Shown here: piece by piece, positions 5,766-14,121 of the stretch
How positions within the stretch are numbered: the first letter of the stretch is position 1
Layout: the number at the start of each line of letters is the position of its first letter
The notes under the pieces: model-generated
The model's input: only the letters and a program-made list of their open reading frames with translations
Database searches by the model: none
What the model was told of the DNA's origin: nothing
Virus record (IMG/VR): IMGVR_UViG_3300007735_000528
Span: 1 to 25,377 of that record
Length of the DNA: 25,377 bases
Direction: 5' to 3' (one strand)
Source: a virus
Taxonomy: Duplodnaviria; Caudoviricetes
Position numbers and translations under genes: made by a program

Positions 5766-6833
5766 ATGGCAAAAATCATATGTGCATACAGTAGTGTGGA
5801 ATTCTCTTGTGAACATTTACCATTCGCAATCTCATCTCGCGAAGTTACACATCCATTATTCCACGTATCTAAGAAAAAACTAATAGCTCTCGCGGGTCTG
5901 TGGTCCAATGGTAAACTAACACCTACAGAATCTTATCTCACCTATCTCTCCCTATTACATAGCACATCTCTTATCGAGTGGCGTGTGCCTGCATCTTACA
6001 CACCTAAGACTGCATCAATCGTAGCAAACAATATGGAACAACTAATCCACATTGTAGGCAAAATCGATATAATAAAACATCCATCATTTATATTGCCTCA
6101 TTTCGTAATCTCTCCAGACACAGCCACTCTTGAAAACACCTATCATTGGATTCAAATCTGGAATCAAAACTACAATGATTGGCTCGATAATATCAAATCT
6201 CACGAAAATGACCAAGAACTCTTACGCCGTGAAAATAGCCTCCAAAAACTGATTAAATCATCTCATAAAAACATAGAAGATTACCCTAAGATCCTCGCAA
6301 ATTGGGCAAGAATCGCAGGTGATTTTCCTACATTCTCAGTCACTATTAGAGGTGTCAGAACAAGTCTTGACGAATATTGGGAATCTATCATTATCAAATG
6401 TGCACGCGCAGAAACAATATTTCAAATCCCTGAATCTGACCTAAGAGAACTTATCGAACATTGCGAAGAAAACATCGTAATTGATGGTTCTATCTACGCG
6501 ATGGCTCTGATGAAATATCTTCGCAAAGGTGCAGAGATGCAGAGGAATTACTTAGGTCTCGGAGACATTGATCTATCCCGAAATAGTCTTACATCTTATA
6601 GAATCCTTAAACCAACTGAATCGGCAGAAGATGCCAATATACAAAATATGATCGACACTGCACCGCAAAATGAGCCACAACGTAATCAGTACCCTGATAC
6701 GATCTCTTATATTAAAGCAAAAGCACGCTGGAATATTGCACAGAATTACAAAATCCTTCAATCTCCGCCATTGAATCCTCCCACACAATCTCCACAATCT
6801 CCACAATCTCCAATCGAAGATGCACCATTCTAA
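5766..6833 (+). CDS. Hypothetical protein upstream of helicase with SSB-like C-terminal tail
   Basis: 355 aa, AAGGAAA RBS, ends PQSPQSPIEDAPF. Confidence 0.9.
   Translation: MAKIICAYSSVEFSCEHLPFAISSREVTHPLFHVSKKKLIALAGLWSNGKLTPTESYLTYLSLLHSTSLIEWRVPASYTPKTASIVANNMEQLIHIVGKIDIIKHPSFILPHFVISPDTATLENTYHWIQIWNQNYNDWLDNIKSHENDQELLRRENSLQKLIKSSHKNIEDYPKILANWARIAGDFPTFSVTIRGVRTSLDEYWESIIIKCARAETIFQIPESDLRELIEHCEENIVIDGSIYAMALMKYLRKGAEMQRNYLGLGDIDLSRNSLTSYRILKPTESAEDANIQNMIDTAPQNEPQRNQYPDTISYIKAKARWNIAQNYKILQSPPLNPPTQSPQSPQSPIEDAPF
6785..6811 (+). repeat. 9-bp tandem repeat (ACAATCTCC)x3 encoding QSP
   Basis: Read directly from the sequence. Confidence 0.9.
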
Positions 6834-6853
6834 CACAAAATAGTGAGATCGAA

Positions 6854-8575
6854 ATGTCATCCACAATATCATCCTCCAAATTTGCAGAGATAATAGCTCT
6901 AGCTCGCGCACGTAAACTCGCAGCGGAATCACAATCTCCACAAACTATCATATCTAAACCGCCATCTGAACTTACAGCAATTTCAGAACAACTACTTGCA
7001 GCTAAAATCATTCAAATAGAAGATGACAAAGCAGCATTCCTATCATCCACAACAGATAAATATGGTAATTCAATTACCTATAATCATGCGCAACAATCAT
7101 TCATTGATCTATCTGGCTCGGGTAAATCATGTTGTCTGATTGGCGCCGCAGGTACAGGTAAAACAACTTGTATGAAAGGCACAGTCCAGAATCTAATCCA
7201 ACAATCATTCACTGGAATTCTGGCCAATCATGACCATAAACATCTTCCACAAGGTGTACCCGGAATTGTAATCTGTGCGTACACACGGCGCGCAACCAAT
7301 AATATTCGGAGAAATATGGATGCATCTATGAAAGATAATTGCATCACAATTCATAAACTCCTCGAATATGGGCCAGAGTATTTCCAAGTTATAAATGATA
7401 AAGGTGAAGAGAAAACTTCAATGAAATTCTCACCTCAACGTAATGCAATCAATCCATTACCGCGCGGAATAACTACAATCATATTTGAAGAATCATCTAT
7501 GATTTCCACAACTCTATATCAGGAGATCATAGACGCTCTAGGTCACACTGTTCAAATCATTTTCTTGGGAGACATTCAACAATTACCTCCAGTATTCGGG
7601 CCAGCAATTCTAGGATTCAAACTCTCAGAGTTACCTACAATCGAACTTACAGAAGTATATCGTCAAGCTCTCGAATCCCCCATCATACGACTCGCTCACA
7701 GGATTCTCTCAGGTAATCCAATTTCCTCTAAAGAACTTCCAGAATGGAACGTACCAGGACTAAGTGTGACTCCATGGAAAAAGAAGATAGAAGCAGAAAA
7801 TGCTCTCACAGTTACAGAGAAACTATTTGATAAACTATACGAGGAAGGTAAATACAACCCAGAAAATGACATCATTCTAATTCCATTTAATAAATCATAT
7901 GGCACACTTGAGATTAATAAATCTCTCGCAACCCATATGGCAAAAAAGCATCAACGTATCGTCCACGAGGTGATCGCAGGATTTATAAAACATTATTTCG
8001 CAATCGGAGATAAGGTATTATATGATCGCGAAGATGCAATCATACTAGACATTTACCCTAATCCATCTTACACTGGTGTATCACCTCAAGGTGCATCAGT
8101 GTTCTTAGACTATTGGGGCCACAATTCTGATAGTGCAAAATTAGATTCAGATGCAACCTATAGCGAGGATGATGTAGATTTCCTTCTCGCACGAGTTGCA
8201 GAAGATGATGAAGATAGGGTAACCCAATCCTCTCACCACATCAAACTTCTTATGCAAGATTCAGACTCAGAGAAAACAATCACAAAAGCAGCAGAAGTAA
8301 ATGCGCTTATCTTAGGTTATGCACTTACAGTACATAAATCCCAAGGCTCTGAATGGGAGAAAGTATTCCTTCTTCTCCACAATTCTCATGCAACTATGTT
8401 ACAAAGAGAACTTCTATATACTGCGGTCACACGCGCAAAGAAAGAACTCTTTATAATATGTGAGCCTGATACATTCACCAATGGAATTAGGAATCAACGT
8501 ATCAAAGGTAACACATTAGCTGAGAAAGCAGAATACTTCAAGGGTAAGAAAGAATCAGGAGATTTGCAATCTTAA
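6854..8575 (+). CDS. RecD/Dda-like SF1B DNA helicase
   Basis: GAAGTGKT, IIFEESSM, LGDIQQLPPV, LTEVYRQ, YALTVHKSQGSEW, RELLYTAVTRAK. Confidence 0.93.
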   Translation: MSSTISSSKFAEIIALARARKLAAESQSPQTIISKPPSELTAISEQLLAAKIIQIEDDKAAFLSSTTDKYGNSITYNHAQQSFIDLSGSGKSCCLIGAAGTGKTTCMKGTVQNLIQQSFTGILANHDHKHLPQGVPGIVICAYTRRATNNIRRNMDASMKDNCITIHKLLEYGPEYFQVINDKGEEKTSMKFSPQRNAINPLPRGITTIIFEESSMISTTLYQEIIDALGHTVQIIFLGDIQQLPPVFGPAILGFKLSELPTIELTEVYRQALESPIIRLAHRILSGNPISSKELPEWNVPGLSVTPWKKKIEAENALTVTEKLFDKLYEEGKYNPENDIILIPFNKSYGTLEINKSLATHMAKKHQRIVHEVIAGFIKHYFAIGDKVLYDREDAIILDIYPNPSYTGVSPQGASVFLDYWGHNSDSAKLDSDATYSEDDVDFLLARVAEDDEDRVTQSSHHIKLLMQDSDSEKTITKAAEVNALILGYALTVHKSQGSEWEKVFLLLHNSHATMLQRELLYTAVTRAKKELFIICEPDTFTNGIRNQRIKGNTLAEKAEYFKGKKESGDLQS

Positions 8576-8640
8576 GCTACAAAAAGTGGGGGATACATAT
8601 CATTCCCCTAAATTATTTCTATCTTACATCTAATAGGGGG

Positions 8641-8669
8641 TTGACAACTGAAACCGCATAGGGTACACT
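8641..8669 (+). promoter_or_regulatory. Strong sigma-70 promoter
   Basis: TTGACA-17 bp-TACACT, preceded by GGGGG. Confidence 0.85.
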
Positions 8670-8739
8670 GATCCTTCACTCGGAAAACTTCATCCAAGTG
8701 TGTTTTTAAAAACTTTTAACCTTTCTAGGAAATTGAATC

Positions 8740-9426
8740 ATGAATGATACTGTAAACTCTGTAAACTCTGCAAACTCTGCACCCTCCACCACCGCAGCTC
8801 CAATCGTAGTTAACTTCGATAACAAACTGGACTATAAAGAAGCCAAGTTTGGATTCCGTAAAGTTAAAGATTCTGAAACCGGTGTTGAAACAAAGCGCGC
8901 CACAGTTGAACTAACCAAGTTGCCTATCCCATCTGTAGAAGGTGTTGTAGCTATCTTGGAAGCTGGCGGAAAAGCTCTTGATCTTCTGTTGGAAGCTGTT
9001 GCCGATGTAGTTATTACACGCGCTCGCGATGTAATTAACGAAAACGAAACCATCACCTCAGATAACTTTGATTATTCTTTGGTTGATTGGAATGCAATCG
9101 CTAATCTGGAAAAAGAAGATCGCCGTTCTGGTATCTCCAAAGAAACTTGGGAAGATTTTGCACTGGATTATGTGGAAGTTATGCCTGCTGTCTCTGGCAC
9201 CTCTAAGGAACAAGCAGCTAATGCAGCTAAGATTTTCGCAGGTAAGTTCACATCCATTAAGTCTAAGAAAGATGTGATCGCAAAGCTGAAACTGCGTTTG
9301 TCTATGTATGCAGAACATTCCTCAAAGGCTGGAGAGTTCGCAGAAGTTATCGACTTCCTGTTCAAGAAAGCAGACAAGTTGATTGCAGCTAAGGAAGAAA
9401 GCCTGGAAGATAACCTGGGTTTGTAA
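8740..9426 (+). CDS. Probably highly expressed hypothetical protein, acidic C-tail (possible DNA-binding/SSB-like)
   Basis: 228 aa, own promoter, codon usage biased to GCT/GTT/AAA/GAA, ends EESLEDNLGL. Confidence 0.9.
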   Translation: MNDTVNSVNSANSAPSTTAAPIVVNFDNKLDYKEAKFGFRKVKDSETGVETKRATVELTKLPIPSVEGVVAILEAGGKALDLLLEAVADVVITRARDVINENETITSDNFDYSLVDWNAIANLEKEDRRSGISKETWEDFALDYVEVMPAVSGTSKEQAANAAKIFAGKFTSIKSKKDVIAKLKLRLSMYAEHSSKAGEFAEVIDFLFKKADKLIAAKEESLEDNLGL

Positions 9427-9430
9427 CCTA

Positions 9431-9586
9431 ACACCACTGCGCCCATAGATATAGAGTCTTAACGTGGTGTATCCTGAGCATGATGTAAAACTGCTCATTA
9501 CTTCTTATAAGCGCACACATTAGCTGGTAACTTAACTTCTCCTCCCTGAGTTAAGATCAATGCAGAAATCTAGTGTGTGTACTTAT
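9431..9586 (+). ncRNA. Structured intergenic RNA element (hairpin, pseudoknot, anti-SD loop hairpin)
   Basis: ACACCAC/GTGGTGT; TGAGCA/TGCTCA pseudoknot; outer stem 9507-9523/9570-9586 enclosing CTTAACTT-CTCCTCCCT-GAGTTAAG. Confidence 0.5.
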
Positions 9587-9833
9587 GCGACAGTACGAAC
9601 CTATTTGGCTTGAGATAAAACTTAACGGATTTTGTGATATCTCAACTCACAGGGCATACCACCGCCGCATCGTCAAAGCGGTTACGAAAGAAAAAGACAT
9701 GGATTTAGGTTATAAACTCGAATGCACAGAAGCATATCCACCAATAAGAACCCTCCTCTATCATAAGAGAGAGGGTTCAATCATTAAGTTTAGACTAGTT
9801 AAAAAACCTCTCATCACATTGGATTCTATATAG
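9585..9833 (+). CDS. Hypothetical protein
   Basis: ORF track 9573..9833; ATG 9585 (MRQYEPIW). Confidence 0.75.
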   Translation: MRQYEPIWLEIKLNGFCDISTHRAYHRRIVKAVTKEKDMDLGYKLECTEAYPPIRTLLYHKREGSIIKFRLVKKPLITLDSI

Positions 9834-9846
9834 AAAGGCAAATCAA

Positions 9847-10110
9847 ATGACACCACACGAAATCATCTCACTAAAAATTCAGGAACTCTATGACTCAGTT
9901 CAACAAACTCTTCCGAACATGCCAACTCTTCTCCGAGATATTCACACAAATCTCAGACAGGACCCCGAGCTTGTCACACTACTTTCGCCAGAGCAAGTTT
10001 CTGTGATTGTATCAGGCCTATCTAAGCAGACTCAAACTACAATCATTGCCTCAGTTGTATCAGGATCAAAAGGTAAGTCTCTTAAGAAGATTTCTGTAGA
10101 TGACATATGA
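9847..10110 (+). CDS. Hypothetical protein
   Basis: AAGG RBS, operon context. Confidence 0.8.
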   Translation: MTPHEIISLKIQELYDSVQQTLPNMPTLLRDIHTNLRQDPELVTLLSPEQVSVIVSGLSKQTQTTIIASVVSGSKGKSLKKISVDDI

Positions 10111-10427
10111 CCTCTCTTACCTTGTCTGAATCCTTGGCAGTCTGCACTTATCGTAACTCTCTGTCAATTGCAATTTATAAAACTCTTTGTGAATGGTTAG
10201 GTTGTTACAATTACATACCGCCAGCAGATCGCACACTGAGAGAATCTGCACTCTGCATACCACCTCGCACACAATCAGACATATTAAATCTATATCTATT
10301 CACAACAATACTTGAAACAAATTACACAGACTCTGAACAATCAAATATCATAAGAGAAATACTATGTTCACCCTCGACACACCAATCTCCGCGCAAAACT
10401 CAGACAGGCCAGACCAACCAATCATAA
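10107..10427 (+). CDS. Hypothetical protein
   Basis: ATGA coupling to previous ORF; 3' end overlaps the exonuclease gene. Confidence 0.6.
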   Translation: MTSLTLSESLAVCTYRNSLSIAIYKTLCEWLGCYNYIPPADRTLRESALCIPPRTQSDILNLYLFTTILETNYTDSEQSNIIREILCSPSTHQSPRKTQTGQTNQS

Positions 10428-11350
10428 TCAATGACCCACGACTCTACAATCTATCTTACTCATCTCTCCTAACTCTGCACTCTTGCCCTCGAAAATACGA
10501 ACTCGATAGGCGCAACTCAATCAGAGAATCTTCCGAGTCAATTGAAGAATCAATTACATTCTCATACGGACAAATCGTAGGACTCGGAATTCAAATGGCA
10601 CTCGAAAACAAACCATATGAAGATATCATATGGGCTATGTTTCTCGGATGGAAGCCAGAACTCTTTGCACAAAATCCCAAACAAAACAAATCATTTGCAG
10701 CCGCAGTATTCGCAGTAGATAAGTTCATCTCAATGCGACTCTCTGGCTATCTCGATGGCTACTCACTGGTATATTATAATGGTAAACCTGCCTGCGAACT
10801 TTCCTTTCTCATCACTCTGCCAAATAAATTCAAGTATCGCGGATTTGTTGATGCAGTTCTCCAGAATGACAACACAGGAGAAGTTGTTGTTCTTGAATGC
10901 AAAACATCATCCGCAGTTAATCTCAACCCTGCAACATACAAAAATTCAGCTCAGGCAATTGGATACTCTATTGTGCTTGATGCAATCTTCCCCTCTCTTT
11001 CAAGTTACAGAGTCTTATATCTTGTCTATGGAACGAAATCTCTCCAATACGATCAATTTGAATTCACAAAATCTTATCTCCAGCGAGCAAGATGGATCAG
11101 AGAACTTGTCCTCGATACAGAAGCAATCACATCTTACATAGATCATGATCTATTCCCAATGAGAGGTGAATCCTGTTTCACTTATTTTAGAGAGTGCCAA
11201 TATATGGGCCTATGTCAGATGGACACAACCAAGCTAGTCTCTCCTATCACACCTGAACAAGTGGAGCAAATCGAAACAGCGAATGATGCATATCAGATTC
11301 AAATTACGCTTGATGATTTAATCAACTCACAACTCTCGAAGGTATCCTAA
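10364..11350 (+). CDS. PD-(D/E)XK Cas4/RecB-like exonuclease
   Basis: LSYSSL..HSCPRKY, RGFVDAVL, VLECKT, QAIGY, C-terminal CFTYFRECQYMGLC (four Cys in total, Fe-S cluster type). Confidence 0.88.
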   Translation: MFTLDTPISAQNSDRPDQPIIINDPRLYNLSYSSLLTLHSCPRKYELDRRNSIRESSESIEESITFSYGQIVGLGIQMALENKPYEDIIWAMFLGWKPELFAQNPKQNKSFAAAVFAVDKFISMRLSGYLDGYSLVYYNGKPACELSFLITLPNKFKYRGFVDAVLQNDNTGEVVVLECKTSSAVNLNPATYKNSAQAIGYSIVLDAIFPSLSSYRVLYLVYGTKSLQYDQFEFTKSYLQRARWIRELVLDTEAITSYIDHDLFPMRGESCFTYFRECQYMGLCQMDTTKLVSPITPEQVEQIETANDAYQIQITLDDLINSQLSKVS

Positions 11351-11352
11351 TC

Positions 11353-11625
11353 ATGACACAACTAATTTACATCCGAACTTCTTACGACTCAGGTATTGTA
11401 ATGCCAATTGAAGCACTGAGATTTATACCTGAAATGCAAATCATTAAGAACGATTCATATGCAGTAATGGATAATCTATATATCCACCCAGAGCAAAAAC
11501 TTGTAGTGCATTTTATTGATTCAATGGAGATAGGAGCTAAAGCTCGTAAAGAAAGGTACATTAAAGAACTCTCTGAAGACCTTGCACAAAATCAAGCAGC
11601 ACTAGATAAGGTTATGGGATCATGA
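11353..11625 (+). CDS. Hypothetical protein
   Basis: Tightly packed in the operon. Confidence 0.75.
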   Translation: MTQLIYIRTSYDSGIVMPIEALRFIPEMQIIKNDSYAVMDNLYIHPEQKLVVHFIDSMEIGAKARKERYIKELSEDLAQNQAALDKVMGS

Positions 11626-12467
11626 AACTAACACTCAAAGCACTATCACCAATTCATCGTGTTCTAATCTACGGGCCACCAAAAACAGGTAAGACAGAAC
11701 TCGCAGGTAAGTTGGCAGAATTTAAGAAACTAATTTGGTTTGATCTAGAAAATGGATACACAACACTACTTAAATTCCCAGAAGAATGGAAAGAACGAAT
11801 TGAAATCATATCCATACCAGATACCAGATCGTTCCCTGTTGCCATTGAGACGTGCCTTAAAGTTATCAAGGGAGGAAAGACAGAGATATGTGAGGAACAT
11901 GGAAAAGTTGGATGCCCCGTCTGTAAGAAGGAAGGTAAAGACTTTTCAACAGTGGAACTCAATTCGCTTGGACCTGATACAGTCGTTGTTTTTGACTCCC
12001 TAACTCAACTAACCAACTCTGCTGTCTCTCACATAACCAAAGGACAACCTGATGATTATAAATTAGATTACAATGACTGGGGAAATCTAGGTAAGCTGAT
12101 GGAAATCTTCCTCTCTCATATTCAACAAGCGCCATACAATGTCGTATGTATCTCACACGAAACAGAAGCGGAGTTAGAAGATGGAAAAACTAAATTGGTT
12201 CCTGTGGCTGGCACTCGTGCTTTCTCTCGTAACACAGCTAAGTATTTCGATCATGTTGTATACGCGGAAGTCAAGAACAAGAAACATAATTTTTACTCTT
12301 CTACTACTTCAGCTTCTAATCTTAATACTGGTTCCCGTACAGGTATTTCTCTCGAGTCTATTACTGATAGCCCTCTTATAACTTTATTCCGTGACCCGCC
12401 GCCGCAGACTGCATCTGCGAAGCAAGTTGCAACTTCCGCTCTCACCTCTCTTTTAGGAAAGAAATAA
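11622..12467 (+). CDS. Sak4-like / AAA_24 ATPase (single-strand annealing)
   Basis: LIYGPPKTGKT, WFDLENG, VVFDSLT, CISHE; located between the exonuclease and SSB-like genes. Confidence 0.85.
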   Translation: MKLTLKALSPIHRVLIYGPPKTGKTELAGKLAEFKKLIWFDLENGYTTLLKFPEEWKERIEIISIPDTRSFPVAIETCLKVIKGGKTEICEEHGKVGCPVCKKEGKDFSTVELNSLGPDTVVVFDSLTQLTNSAVSHITKGQPDDYKLDYNDWGNLGKLMEIFLSHIQQAPYNVVCISHETEAELEDGKTKLVPVAGTRAFSRNTAKYFDHVVYAEVKNKKHNFYSSTTSASNLNTGSRTGISLESITDSPLITLFRDPPPQTASAKQVATSALTSLLGKK

Positions 12468-12470
12468 CCC

Positions 12471-12626
12471 ATGTTCACTCTTAACAAAGCCCAACAAATC
12501 TACGTCTTTCTTGGTGTAGATAGAATGAAACTCCTTCTCGGACATTACAAGGAACTCTCTGACTCTCACACTAAGAAAGGCCCAGGCCGCAAACATTTAC
12601 AAGGTAAAAAGAAAGTGAGTAAGTAA
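12471..12626 (+). CDS. Small basic protein (51 aa)
   Basis: MFTLNKAQQIYVFLGVDRMKLLLGHYKELSDSHTKKGPGRKHLQGKKKVSK*; fills the gap, TAATG coupling to next gene. Confidence 0.65.
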   Translation: MFTLNKAQQIYVFLGVDRMKLLLGHYKELSDSHTKKGPGRKHLQGKKKVSK

Positions 12627-12982
12627 TGGACAATAAAGAATTCACAGCATTGGTAGATCAGACAGTTCGTGATACAAGCGCACTCCTAATCTCAAAAGGA
12701 CAAGAGTATGCAGGTTCAACAGACCGACTCGCTAACTTTAAACGGGGCGCCTCACTCACAGGAACTACACCTCTACAATGTTGCTTTATCTATATGTCGA
12801 AACATTACGATTCTCTATCCACCTACATTAAGAAAGATGCCGCAGGTTTCGACCAGCATCTATCAGAACCTATCGAAGGGCGAATCAATGATCTTATCAA
12901 CTATCTATTTTTAATGAAAGGACTTATTCAAGAAAGCACCCAAGACAAGCAACCTAAGCAAGACAATATCTCAACCTCGTAA
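12626..12982 (+). CDS. All-alpha nucleotide-modification-associated / DUF1599-like protein
   Basis: LLISKGQEYA..DRLANFKR...KH...RINDLINYL pattern. Confidence 0.55.
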   Translation: MDNKEFTALVDQTVRDTSALLISKGQEYAGSTDRLANFKRGASLTGTTPLQCCFIYMSKHYDSLSTYIKKDAAGFDQHLSEPIEGRINDLINYLFLMKGLIQESTQDKQPKQDNISTS

Positions 12983-13016
12983 TCTCATCTCTTTTATATT
13001 TTTAGGAAATCAAATC

Positions 13017-13454
13017 ATGTCCCTCGACAATCTTCTCGACGCAACTCTCGACGACTTGGCAGATATGCCATCAATCCAAATGTTTCCTAACGGAGCCCAC
13101 AAGGTCAAGTTGGAAAGCAAGATTGATACAAAGAAACAGTCTGTACAACTCACACTGCACTACATTGAGCCAGTTGAATTCGCAGACCCTACCTCAGTTG
13201 CACCAGCAGCAGGTGATAAGAATACAATCTTCTATAACCTGAAAAAGAAAGACGGAACGGCTAGTGAGTATGCACAAGGCGCACTCAAACAAGTTGTCAA
13301 AGTCTTGCAAGAAACTTTCGGAGGTTCCACAACCACTGAAGTTCTGGCAAACTCTAAGGATGCAGAAGTTGTAGTGCTCACTAAGATTCGCGCAGGCAAG
13401 GGTGAGTATGAAGGTCGCGATTCGATTGATATTGTAAAAGTACAAATCATCTAA
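13017..13454 (+). CDS. Putative OB-fold ssDNA-binding protein (DUF669-like)
   Basis: Acidic N-terminus, FPNGAHKV motif, beta-rich; follows the Sak4-like gene. Confidence 0.6.
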   Translation: MSLDNLLDATLDDLADMPSIQMFPNGAHKVKLESKIDTKKQSVQLTLHYIEPVEFADPTSVAPAAGDKNTIFYNLKKKDGTASEYAQGALKQVVKVLQETFGGSTTTEVLANSKDAEVVVLTKIRAGKGEYEGRDSIDIVKVQII

Positions 13455-13472
13455 TCTCCTCGCTTAAAGAAT

Positions 13473-13502
13473 CCTCCACCTCAAAAGGGTGGGGGCTTTT
13501 TA
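13473..13502 (+). terminator. Rho-independent terminator
   Basis: CCTCCACC-TCAAAAG-GGTGGGGG followed by CTTTTT. Confidence 0.75.
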
Positions 13503-13512
13503 CATTAATATT

Positions 13513-13860
13513 ATGCCAAATCATTACGCACTATCATTATGGGATGCAGGTATGCTTCCATATCAAGACTACGATGATGATAGAACAGTCATACAAAGAA
13601 TCAATCCTCCGATTGCACGTGCAGATAAATCAGAAGTGAAAGGTAAACCAATGTTAGATGATCTAATAACCCCTTCTAAGTCAAGCGATGATGAGTTACC
13701 TTTCTCATTTGGTAAATACAAAGATAATCTTCCATCGGATGTTGCAGACATAAACCCGGGCTATATAGTTTGGGTATTTGAGAATGTTGACCCGGCTAAG
13801 TGGTTCTTCCCTGAATCATTATATGTCTGGTGCAAGAAGCAACCTCCAAGTTCAAGATAA
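13513..13860 (+). CDS. DUF3820 / ExoX C-terminal-like domain protein
   Basis: LPFSFGKYKD..PSDVADINPGYIVW motif; ATG 13513 preferred over the GTG inside the terminator. Confidence 0.65.
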   Translation: MPNHYALSLWDAGMLPYQDYDDDRTVIQRINPPIARADKSEVKGKPMLDDLITPSKSSDDELPFSFGKYKDNLPSDVADINPGYIVWVFENVDPAKWFFPESLYVWCKKQPPSSR

Positions 13861-13875
13861 TACAAAGGAAATAAT

Positions 13876-14121
13876 ATGTCTCTCCCCTCACAACTCCTCA
13901 AATCATTCTACTACAATGGTGATCTATACATTCGATTAGTACCATCAAAATCCATGTTTCGATCAAGCATGGTGCATGAAGTTGTTAATCGTGGTGATGT
14001 ATTTGCAATGCGGGTATCAGACCAACAGTTCACAGTGATTCCAGGCAAAGCAAAAGTAGATCACACCAATATCCCAGTACACCTACCTCTCTCCAATTCC
14101 GCGCAGCTCTCACTGCTATGA
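13876..14121 (+). CDS. Hypothetical protein with C-terminal clamp-binding-like motif
   Basis: AAGGAAA RBS; ends AQLSLL; ATGA coupled to the polymerase gene. Confidence 0.8.
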   Translation: MSLPSQLLKSFYYNGDLYIRLVPSKSMFRSSMVHEVVNRGDVFAMRVSDQQFTVIPGKAKVDHTNIPVHLPLSNSAQLSLL

